Positions 39,286 to 50,178 of a DNA stretch of 64,000 bases are shown one piece after another. The DNA comes from Octopus sinensis. Lineage: Eukaryota. Made by a program: the position numbers and the translations under genes. The notes beneath the pieces were generated by a model that saw only the letters and a program-made list of their open reading frames with translations, had not been told where the DNA came from and made no database searches. Position 1 is the stretch's first letter. Every line of letters begins with the position of its first letter. The DNA lies in the NCBI RefSeq assembly GCF_006345805.1, contig NC_043013.1, positions 53,258,001 through 53,322,000 on the forward strand. Reading direction: 5' to 3'.

Positions 39286-40599
39286 TGTAAATAATGAAAA
39301 GTGGTATTGTCTGCATTCACTCCATGGATATGATTCCAACGGATATTCGTCTCAGTGTTGGATTTATGTTTTTCATATTGTTATTGTATATTGTTTAATA
39401 ACAACATATTGTTCTGGTGTAACAACTTGTATCTATTCGAAGACCGATATTTTGGGGGTGCTGCTATTTCCATGCTACAACTTCTAAAAGAAATCTGCCA
39501 TAATGGAAATTTGCGGTCGCATTTTCGAGGTTTACCATGTCTTAATTCATTAGGAGTTCTGTTGCTCTCTTTGCTTTTTTGAAATACTAAAGCTTAAATT
39601 TGTACTGCTTCGTATATATGTTGGTTGATGGAATAAGGGCAAATCTCCTGACCTACACATCCAGATATAACATAACTCAGTCTAGATAAGAACAACACTC
39701 TACACTGCGTTATTATTCAAAGCAGTAGTACTGTGCTTCCATGGTAGAATCGTTTGAACGTCAAACAAATTGCTCCGAAATATTTTTGACAACGCTTATC
39801 ATTCGGAGTTCAATTCTCCGCGAGTTCAAACAAATCTTTCGTCTCTCCACAGATTGATAAAATAAATACCAGTCAAGTACTGGGGTTCATGGTATCGACT
39901 ATTCCTTGTCACCTCTAATTCTCTTTCCTTGTACGTTAAGTAGAACAAATTATAATTTTTATAAATGGCCAACTTATTATTTTATTAAACCAATGACAGT
40001 TCAGCATCAAAAGAAAATAAAACATAAATCCACGTTTACTCAGCTACTAAAGTCACAAATGCTACTCAAATGGGCGAGAGCGTAACTATTGGCGCAAATG
40101 TGGTTATACGGATAAGAGGTTCGAGCCCACACGGCAACTTCGACACATCTCATTTGCTATAACTTTGCGTTCGTGCGAATTCAGAGACGGAAACTGTGGA
40201 GGTCAGCTATATATATTGACGTGTATGTGTGAGTGTGTGTCTGCGAGCATGCGTGGTATATTCGAATCTGTGTGTACGTGTGTGTACGTATACGTGCGTG
40301 CGTGTATGCTTGTCTTTCGGTGATGTATATAAGAATCAGTGAAGAAACCGTAAAACCCGTGTTTTCCGGTTATATTACAGACGTTCCTTTTCGTTGCCTT
40401 TCACTGGCCGCCAGACACGAAGCGAACCAGTGATATTCCCTCTAGAAAATCTCTATCGAACCGCGCGATTGGACATAGATTACATTAAGAATAGACATAA
40501 AAAACGACATGTTTATATATATACATATTTCGGGCTTTGTGCCTAGAGTAGAAAAGAATATAAAGTGACTTGTATTATATATACATATATTATAGATCG

Positions 40600-40767
40600 T
40601 TAGTCACTACACACACATTTTTGTCTCCTTGTTTTCTGTGTCCCTTTCTGTAGAAGAGCGTAGGCTCGAAACGTAAAAGACTTCTTCTATTCCTGAGCGT
40701 TATACTAATACATCTGTTTGTGTTGTACACCACCTGTCTTCGTCTTTTGTTTTTTTTTCGTAACTGT

Positions 40768-40772
<5 letters not shown>
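40600..40772 (+). mobile_element. Short (TA)n-adjacent element carrying a minimal hammerhead-like motif (40644-40681)
   Basis: TTT-CTGTAGA-A-GAGC(GTAG)GCTC-GAA-ACGT-A-AAAG: 4-bp stem II, palindromic stem III and stem I TTTC/AAAG; core position 6 is U rather than A. Confidence 0.5.
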
Positions 40773-40823
<51 letters not shown>

Positions 40824-41502
40824 TATAATATATATATATATATACGCAATTCTCAGCCTGATGAAGAGTTTTGTCCCAAAAAGTTAGACTTTGCTTTTCC
40901 TCTGCAACAAAATCATTTAGTGAACTGTGTATACTTAATAGTAACTACTATCAGTAGTTCGGTCGGAATTTCATTAATTCACGCCATGGATAGTAAGTAT
41001 TATGCGTGGAGAAAGTCAATATTTATATTTTATGGCTCTCGTAAACATAAAATACTAAATAAATAAACACTATCAGTTCCATCTCACAAGATTTAATACT
41101 GGTCTTTGTGGAGACATATTAATACAGTTCCAGAAGAATGTCAAACTGAAAATTCGGAAAAGAAAAAAGAAGAATAAAGCGATGTACCGTCCTCTCCATC
41201 GGAGATCAATTAAATTGGAAGAAATGATATAAACGATTGCAGATCTGATCAGTGATTCTGATGTAAGAGCGAAACATGTTTGATAAACGATGCGAATGTT
41301 CAATAAAATGTTATTTGTCAACATAATGGAATAAATAAATTTGAAGTAAAGATAGGAGCTGTATTTATTTGTTTCTACAGTTTCCGACATGTCTACGAAT
41401 ACGTTCCACTCTATCGTGCGTCCGTTTCTATTTTATTTATCTTTTAATTGCAACAGAATTCCAAAAGAATTAATCATACAAATATATTCTGCATATGCAT
41501 CG

Positions 41503-41504
<2 letters not shown>

Positions 41505-41570
<66 letters not shown>

Positions 41571-41600
41571 TAATGATAATAATAATAATAATAACAATAA
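41505..41600. repeat. (AAT)n microsatellite
   Basis: Direct reading. Confidence 0.95.
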
Positions 41601-42424
41601 TGATATATTTGCCGCAGGGGCATCATATGAGTGATTATACAAGAAGGACACTTTACAAATTATGCAAAGGTTTACATTAAAAAGATGAGAGGAAAAAGAA
41701 AGATGTGGAAAGAGAAAATTAGATAAAATGTATACGTAGTATACAAAATATGTGAACACGTCTTAATGCAATATAAATTCCAACTATGGACAATCAAAGA
41801 ATACAATGGATCCAGAATCACCCACACGACCGAGGTTTCGAATCTTCATCCATCTGTAGTTAGTTTAAACGCGTGCGTAGATTAGTTCTGTTCTACTACA
41901 TTTTTTTTTTCAGTCATAAAACTTTTCAAAAATTCACTGGAATGGAAGGCATCCTTCTGCACACTTTATTTTCCAAATGAAACTTCAAATGATCGATGAG
42001 GCTTGATCAAAAGAGGAATGCCTTTGATTTCGATCTATTCCCACCTCGTTTATCCTACAAAGTGCGAGGCCATAGCTACCAGGCGTGGTACGATTACCTC
42101 CATTGCCTTTTTAAAACGAGCTGGTTGAACGATCCGCATCGTGAAATTCAGTCGACAGATGGATCTCTCTTACACGGGACATCAGTATGTTTAACATGCG
42201 CGTCATAGGCAATATATGTTTCGCCTTATAAGAAATAATGGGACCAGAAATGCTTCTCGGTAGCACTGCCAAGCCTAGGATTTCCGAAGTAATCAAATAT
42301 ATAGGAAAGTGGTCAGACTCGAAAGTTCTCTGTAACAAACGAAAAAGTTTGATCTGGTCGATGCCTTGAGTTTTGTTGATAGCAACATCGTTCTCACCTA
42401 GCGTTAGTCCACTTTATATTCTTT

Positions 42425-42620
42425 TCTACTCTAGGCACAAAGCCCGACATTTCTGGGGTGTTGGCCAGACGGTTACATCGACCCCAGTACGCAACTGGTA
42501 CTTAATTTCATCCCAGAAGGATGGAAAGGCACACTCGACCTCGGCTGAACTCAGAACGTAAGGACGGACGAAATGCCACTAGGAATGTTGCCCGGTTTGC
42601 TAACGATTCTGCCATTCACT
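42425..42620 (-). mobile_element. tRNA-type SINE, decayed
   Basis: TTACATCGACCCCAGTACGCAACTGGTAC...TCGACCTCGG...GAACTCAGAACGTA...TAACGATTCTGCC, colinear with 53655-53870. Confidence 0.7.
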
Positions 42621-42672
42621 ACATAAATAATGACAACAACAAAAGCAAAACGATAACAACAACAACAACAAC

Positions 42673-42718
<46 letters not shown>

Positions 42719-43276
42719 GCCTTGATGCAATGCCAGGCAGTAGCTTTCATGGCTTCTCATTTTAACTGATTGGAAATGTTATCATGTACATTGTATTCCC
42801 TTGGTATAAAATACGGGCTATAGAAAATATTCTACTCAATACCACAGATTTGCTTGACAGTTGTTTGACCTTAATAAGTTGAGCATGTCCCTTAGTGGCT
42901 GACAATATGCGTATTTCTGATCATGAGCAGAAATAGTGGTGGGGGTAGCATTATAGCCATGTGTTGAGACGAATACTTTGGGGTTTGGATAATTCACCTC
43001 TGGAAACATAGGTATATCGTTCAACATCCTTAAACAACACTTATTCAGGGAGCTTTTGAATGGGACGCGTTACTCGACCTGATGAAAATTCTCACCGGGC
43101 CACACCTGCAAGGTCATATGTTGTTTATCTTGATATGAGATCACCATGTCGCGCACATATGGTTGTGGTGCATGTGTCTAGTGTATCCTTATCAGACGGG
43201 TAGTCATGATGGGTAAGCTAGGCTTCGTAAATTTTACCCCAGTGCCACTTTCATGGTATGCACTTCTATTTCACTC
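42719..43276. mobile_element. ~557-bp interspersed repeat embedded in (AAT)n, copy 1
   Basis: Colinear along its whole length with 43682-44237, with many substitutions; (AAT)n at both ends. Confidence 0.85.
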
Positions 43277-43281
43277 AATAA

Positions 43282-43319
<38 letters not shown>

Positions 43320-43347
43320 TAACAACAACAACAACAACAATAATAAT

Positions 43348-43409
<62 letters not shown>

Positions 43410-43410
<1 letters not shown>

Positions 43411-43610
43411 CCTTTCTACTATAGGTGCAAGGCCTCAAAATTTTGTGGGATGGGTGATTGTCGATTACATCGACCTCAGTGTTTTACTGGTACACAATTT
43501 ATCGACCCCGAAACGATGAAAAGCAAAGTCGACCTCGGTAGAATATGAACTCAGTACGTAACGATGGGCGAAACATCGCCAAGTATTTCGTCCTGCGTGC
43601 CAGCTCGCTG

Positions 43611-43612
<2 letters not shown>
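43410..43612 (-). mobile_element. tRNA-type SINE, decayed
   Basis: GTCGATTACATCGACC...TTTATCGACCCCGAAA.GATGAAA.GCAAAGTCGACCTCGG...GCCAGCTCGC. Confidence 0.75.
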
Positions 43613-43681
<69 letters not shown>

Positions 43682-44237
43682 GCCCTGATACAGTACCAGG
43701 CAGTGGCTCTCATGGCTTCTGATCTTAACTGATTGGAAGTGTTATCATGTACATTGTTTTGTCTTGGTATAAAAGATGGGCTACAGCAATTATTCTGCTC
43801 AATACCACAGATTTGCTTGTCAGTTGTTTGACCTTAACCAGTTGAGCATGTCCCTTAGTGGCTGACGATATGTGCATCTCTGATCACGAGCAGAAGTAGT
43901 TGGGGAGCATCATAGCCTTGTGTTGAGAGGGATTCTTTGGGGTTTGAATAGTTCACCTCTGGAAACATGGGTGGTTCTTTCAACATCCTTAAACAACCTT
44001 TATTCAGGGACCGTTTGAGCGGGATGGGCTACTCAACCTGAAGAAAATTCTAACTGGGCCCCACCTGCAAGGTCATGTGCTGTTTATCTTGATATGAGAT
44101 CACCATGTCGCGCACATATGGTTGTGATGCATGTGCCTAGTGTACCTTTATCAGACGGGTAGTCATGATGGGTATATTGGGCTTCGTATATTTTACCCCC
44201 CAGTGTCACTTTGATGGCATGAACTGCTCTCTCACTC
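43682..44237. mobile_element. ~556-bp interspersed repeat embedded in (AAT)n, copy 2
   Basis: GCCCTGATACAGTACCAGGCAGTGG...CTCTCTCACTC flanked by (AAT)n and followed by (AAT)n-(AAC)n. Confidence 0.85.
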
Positions 44238-44290
<53 letters not shown>

Positions 44291-44297
44291 CAACAAC

Positions 44298-44390
<93 letters not shown>

Positions 44391-44798
44391 AATGAGGAAG
44401 AAGACAAATTCTCTTTTACTATATACACACAAGGCTGGAAATGTGTGGGTTGGACGCTAGTCGATTCTAATCCTGGAATTACCAATCCAGGAAGTTTGAA
44501 TGGCAAGCTTGTTCGCGTCAGAATTTGACCTGAGATCGCAAAGAATCGGAATAAATACCTAAACGCAGTTTTCGACGATTAATCATGAAAGATATTTTTG
44601 TTAATAGGGGTTTTAAATTTGTTTTCAATGTTTAACATATCACGTGAGAAGACGCCTCATTAAATAATATATATCCGTATTATATATATGTATACATAAC
44701 ATCCATGTACCTATGTATGAATGTATGTATGTATGTATGTATGTATGTATGTATCTATCTATCTATCTATCTATATATATATATATACACATACACAT

Positions 44799-44874
<76 letters not shown>

Positions 44875-45231
44875 GTACGTACATATACGTGATACAAGTG
44901 TGTATGTATACGCATACATAGATGTATAATACATTTATGTTCATACATACATGCATATATATATATGTGTGTGTATGTATACGTATATATATACATACAT
45001 AAATACATACCTACATATATATATATGTACTCATTCGTGTAGTTGTTTGAGCGAAATCAATTCTATTTATGTTACAATTAATCGACTTAATTATTTATAT
45101 GATCGATATTTTTTTTTTTGCTAATATAATATCGAAAAAAATTAGGACACACCTAATATAATTTTTGGCCTTCATTGTTCTGTTTTTTTTTTGGCATTTA
45201 TGTTTTAAATGTATTTCTCACCATTTAAAAA

Positions 45232-45250
45232 TTTATTTTCTTTATTACAG
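45232..45250 (+). promoter_or_regulatory. Probable 3' splice acceptor upstream of the GPCR exon
   Basis: Polypyrimidine tract TTTATTTTCTTTATTACAG|G, 46 nt upstream of the ATG. Confidence 0.6.
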
Positions 45251-45296
45251 GCGCTGAATTTTCTAATAAAGTCAATCTCTCAACTCTCCAAGGAAT

Positions 45297-46361
45297 ATGC
45301 TTTCTGTTCTGGAGATATACGAAAGCCTGCCATCATGGCCGTTTCTGATGCTGTTTATACTTTATATCTGCGTGGCTGTTACTGGAAACGTCGCTGTCAT
45401 CATTGTTGTTGCATCCCGGAAATATATGAGGACTCCCGCAAATTTATATATATCTTCCTTGTCGTTTGCCGATCTAATAATTGCTCTTGTAGTCATTGGC
45501 AACACTGCGAAAAGCTTCAGTAAAATATATTTAGAATATAGTATATACCGTTGTGTATTAGTTCCATATTTCGAAGTGGTGGCCATATCAGCAAGTGTGT
45601 TGTCGTTAATGGCCATTACTGTTGATCGGTACCAAGCTGTTTTGCAAAAAAGAGTCAGTAAAACCCCCTTGAAATTCGCCGCCAAAATCGTTGGATTAGT
45701 CTGGCTGTCGGCCGTTATCTATGGTCTTCGAGTCATCCCCCAGTTCTACAGCAAGCTGAAAATTTCCGATGATACAGAACATCAGAACAGATCCAGCACA
45801 AATCCCCCATCGAAAGAGAACAACCTCAGGGATGAATCGTCTGACCACAATGGCAACACTTCAGGTATTCACCGATGGTCATGTGACTTCTTCATGGAAG
45901 AAGACGAAACGGATATGGTATTCCGGTTTTTCGATTTTCTCATTCTCTTCGTTGTGCCTTTCATAGCAATGATCGTGATGTATGGACGCATTATATCAAC
46001 CCTATGGCGAAAGAAAATACCGGTTGGTACCGGTCTTCGAAGAAAGCGAAGAGTCGCTAAGATGCTTCTGATAAGTGTTCTTGTCTTCATGATATGCTGG
46101 GTACCATTTTATGTCCAGGAATTTGTTGGTGACGGTATGATTATGACTGGAAAACATGTCGACAGAAACGTATTGGCAGCATTCCGAATAATATTCATTC
46201 TGGTTTCATTTGCCAACTGCTGTTTAAATCCGGTTATTTACGCCTATTATAACAACAATTTTCGATACGAGCTGAAATATATGATTAGACAGAAGAATAA
46301 AGATCAAAGACATAAACATACATTCCAAGTGACACCGACAAGCAGTAGAAACGGTATATGA
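45297..46361 (+). CDS. Class A (rhodopsin-like) GPCR, neuropeptide-receptor type (by eye nearest the QRFP/orexin-allatotropin/NPFF-like group); all 7 TM in one exon
   Basis: 354-aa uninterrupted ORF with TM1 GN, RTPANLY, TM2 LSFAD, TM3 Cys and DRY, TM4 W, ECL2 Cys, TM5 FVVP/MY, TM6 CWVPF and TM7 NPVIY, plus helix 8 NFR. The true N-terminus is uncertain. Confidence 0.92.
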   Translation: MLSVLEIYESLPSWPFLMLFILYICVAVTGNVAVIIVVASRKYMRTPANLYISSLSFADLIIALVVIGNTAKSFSKIYLEYSIYRCVLVPYFEVVAISASVLSLMAITVDRYQAVLQKRVSKTPLKFAAKIVGLVWLSAVIYGLRVIPQFYSKLKISDDTEHQNRSSTNPPSKENNLRDESSDHNGNTSGIHRWSCDFFMEEDETDMVFRFFDFLILFVVPFIAMIVMYGRIISTLWRKKIPVGTGLRRKRRVAKMLLISVLVFMICWVPFYVQEFVGDGMIMTGKHVDRNVLAAFRIIFILVSFANCCLNPVIYAYYNNNFRYELKYMIRQKNKDQRHKHTFQVTPTSSRNGI

Positions 46362-46781
46362 AAGGCAACGGCAGACTTGAAATAAACTTCAACATCACAC
46401 AAACACACACACACACGCATGCACGCACGCACACACACACTCACACACATAAATAACAAAGGGTGTATACACAACATTTGTTTAGCCAAATAGATGTATT
46501 GATTCCTTATAAATGTGTGTTTTATTTGTATACGGTGTTTATTATGTGAGATAGTGTGACTCTGTTTCTATATATACATACCTATATAGATGCATACACA
46601 CACGCACACGCACACACAAACACACACATACACACATATATATATATATCTGTATATACACACAGTGAGTGAAAGAGTAGGATAGAGAGCAGGAGGCGTG
46701 TGCCTGCACGTGCTCGTATGCAGACACACAGGCACACAACACAGAGATAACAAAGGCAAATGTGTGTTTCCATGTGTGTAC

Positions 46782-46840
<59 letters not shown>

Positions 46841-46902
46841 TGTGTATGTGTGTGCAGATGTAAGTATACATATATTTCCATATATGTATATGTATGTCTA
46901 TA

Positions 46903-46942
<40 letters not shown>

Positions 46943-46999
46943 TTATATATTTATACATTATATATATATATGTACATAATTATAAATTATACACATGGG

Positions 47000-47037
<38 letters not shown>

Positions 47038-47165
47038 TACAGGCATGCATACATATGACTTACGTATATACAACTAAATATATGTATATTTAGATGTGTG
47101 TGTATTTACATATTTGTGTTGAGGTGAGTTTACTTATGAGTGTGTGTGTGTGTATGTGTGCGCGC

Positions 47166-47196
<31 letters not shown>

Positions 47197-47476
47197 CCAG
47201 GACGGCTTACACAAACAAGATTAAAGTGATATGTATTATGTATATCTCAACATTGGCAAATAGAGAAGGAAGAATTTCACTACCACACATACGCAAATAT
47301 ATGCATACTTAAATACATTTACACATGAATGATATATATATGTATATATATGTGTGTGTGTGTGTGTGTGTGAATATATATATATACATACATAGAGTTT
47401 GTGTATACATAAACATAGAAATGTATATAACGTTTTCTCTCGCTCTTATATACATACATGCATATGTATATAAATG

Positions 47477-47522
<46 letters not shown>

Positions 47523-47851
47523 AGTACATTGGCATATATAAGTACATAGGCATTCGTGTCACGGTATGGCATTTTATGTGACAATCAACAAGGCTTAAAA
47601 ATAAAGATTTTTGATGGAAGTAATCATACAATGAATGGTTGAGCTGTGCAAACATTGATCCATATTAAAGGTTTGTGCTTCTGACAGGAAAATATTGTTG
47701 TTTCGGTGGTGGTGCGGGGATTGAAATTTGAAGAAACATAGAAAGGTTTTTGAATAGGGATATTTTTCTTGTATATATTATATACACAATTCCAAAGGCT
47801 TCATTTTCATATATGTAATCAGATATGAGTGCATATACATACATATATATG

Positions 47852-47911
<60 letters not shown>

Positions 47912-48011
47912 GGTGTGTGTGTGTATAGTATATATATGTATAAACACACACACACACATACACACACACATACACACACATACACACACACACACACACA
48001 CATATATATAT

Positions 48012-48052
<41 letters not shown>

Positions 48053-48061
48053 AGTGGCGGG

Positions 48062-48062
<1 letters not shown>

Positions 48063-48125
<63 letters not shown>
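48063..48125. repeat. (GATA)n microsatellite within a compound AG/GATA/TATG tract
   Basis: Direct reading. Confidence 0.9.
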
Positions 48126-48127
<2 letters not shown>

Positions 48128-48361
48128 GAGACAGGCAGACAGACAGAGAAAGAGAGAGAGCGGGACAACTTTATGCCTATATATATGTATGTGTGTATGC
48201 TCGTATGCAAATATATCCATTTGGATGTATGTATGTAGGTATGTATGCACGCACGTATGTACGTATGTATATATATATATGCATGTATGCATGTATTTAT
48301 GCATGCATGTACGTATGCATGTATGCACGTATGTATGTATGCATGCATACATGTATGTATG

Positions 48362-48395
<34 letters not shown>

Positions 48396-49851
48396 TGTAT
48401 GTATGTATATAAAATTCGATGATTCATTCCCTAGTCACTTCAAGTTTCACTGTTTGTAGTCATTCAGGATTCTTGGACCCTTATAACCAAAATAAACGCT
48501 GCTGGTACCTGGTTCTTATGACTGAATTGATGAACGTCAATGCTTTCTTTTGACTTTTCTAGAAATCAAAAGGATTTCATCATCAGCACTTAGTATTGCT
48601 TCCTTTTTCGATGGTTACAAGGGAATCGTTCGCCTTTGCACCTTTGAAATATTTCCATTCTCCTTCCTTTATTTAAATTGACATTTGTCGAGAGTTTACG
48701 ATCGCGGGCACAATAAAATTCGTTTGTGTAACCATTTTCTTTGTTTATTGTGAAAATGCTATTAAAAATGCTTCAACAGAGCACACAACATGCATCTTTT
48801 GTGTCTCTCGATACCCAGAGTAACGCTGCATTTATTTTGGAATTTTTTTTCAATATCTCGAGAAAATATGATGCCTAACAAAATGGTTGAAACTGTAAAG
48901 AGCTCGAGAACAGAAAGTGAAAGTATTTTTAAAGAAATTTCAAACGAAATCTAACAAATGTTCAAAGATATTTATTGTAAGGTAGTTACTTGTCTGCAAT
49001 TATTGTAGTATCGCCACTATTTATAACGATACTTGTTTACACTAAAACCGTATAGTAACAAGAAACATATAACAAAGCAGGGTAACAACAACGCAACAAT
49101 CCAAGCTCCACAAACTACACAAGAAACAGCAAACGATATTCCGACAAACTACCAAAACGACACCTGGCGACTTCCAGCAATTAACGCCTTCCTTCTCTGT
49201 CTCGCACTCAGACCGCCATTGTTGATATACGTTTATTCAAGTCTGTTCTCGCAGGGGGTGTCGTGACTCTCGCCACAAAAATAGTCAATTATAAAACAAA
49301 TTTACAATGAAAAATGCGTACAGTTCCGGCAACCATTTTTGCACTGAGGTTTGCAATACATCAATTAAGCAATATAAGCTAGGCATCTGTAACATTTCTA
49401 CCTTAATTTTCCGTCACTGCATTCAAACTTGTAATGGCAGAATGAATACATGGAACTCCAAAATTTTGACATTTGGCTTCTACCAAACCCGAAAATGGGC
49501 ACTCAAATTTATGACAAAATACCAGTTTAAAAATAACATTCAGGTACAACTGTCTTGTGTTACTTCAGCGGAAAGAATCGAGCAGAATAAATTAGTTACA
49601 GATAAATAAACCGCAATGTGGTTCGCCATTTAGCGAAGGGATTTAAGAATTGGTAACGCTTCACTCTGCCAATTGCTTTTTCAGATTTCTTTTCCATATA
49701 CCTAAAATTAACAAATTGAACGAAACCCGAGAATCGCTAGAATGAAATATTACATTGATTATCATAAAAATGACCAAACAGAAAAAAACAAGCTGTACGT
49801 GAATGTGTTGTATGTCTTTTATACGTTGGCATCACCACACACACACACATA

Positions 49852-49887
<36 letters not shown>

Positions 49888-49941
49888 TGTATGTATGTAT
49901 ATATATATATATGCGTGTATATACATATATTTATATATATA

Positions 49942-50026
<85 letters not shown>

Positions 50027-50063
50027 CATATATATACACTTTATTTAAAAGCAGCAGAAATAT

Positions 50064-50116
50064 AATAAAAGATGTTACTCAGAATTTCACGTTCCCGTTC
50101 GTCGGACAGTTTTGTT
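50064..50116 (-). ncRNA. Candidate minimal type I hammerhead ribozyme (U4C variant), minus strand
   Basis: AACAAAACUGU-CCGACGA-ACG(GGAA)CGU-GAA-AUUCUGAGU-A-ACAUCUUUUAUU: stem II with a GNRA loop, stem III and stem I all pair; GUA cleavage triplet ends at 50076. Confidence 0.55.
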
Positions 50117-50126
50117 AAAATATTTT

Positions 50127-50178
50127 AACAAAGTGCCCGACGAACGGGAACGTGAAACTCCGAGTAACAGCTTTTGTT
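50127..50178 (+). ncRNA. Candidate minimal type I hammerhead ribozyme (U4C variant), plus strand
   Basis: CCGACGA (50137-43), ACG-GGAA-CGU (50144-53), GAA (50154-56), ACUC-C-GAGU (50157-65), H17 = A50166; stem I is weakened by a C:A first pair. Confidence 0.5.

Noticed and set aside
42230-42400. AINKTQG on the minus strand, reminiscent of the PIF1 motif TINKSQG
   Set aside because: Neighbouring helicase motifs cannot be recovered convincingly.
45209-45523. 104-aa Cys-rich ORF overlapping the GPCR start
   Set aside because: Its ATG lies upstream of the probable splice acceptor (intronic) and it has no recognisable domain; most likely an alternate-frame by-product.
46381-46386. AATAAA 20 nt after the GPCR stop codon
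   Set aside because: The hexamer is very common in this AT-rich DNA; it cannot be called the poly(A) signal without 3'-end data.
49160-49270. TGGCGAC primer-binding-site-like word suggesting an LTR boundary
   Set aside because: No paired LTR, TG...CA ends or gag/pol sequence found.
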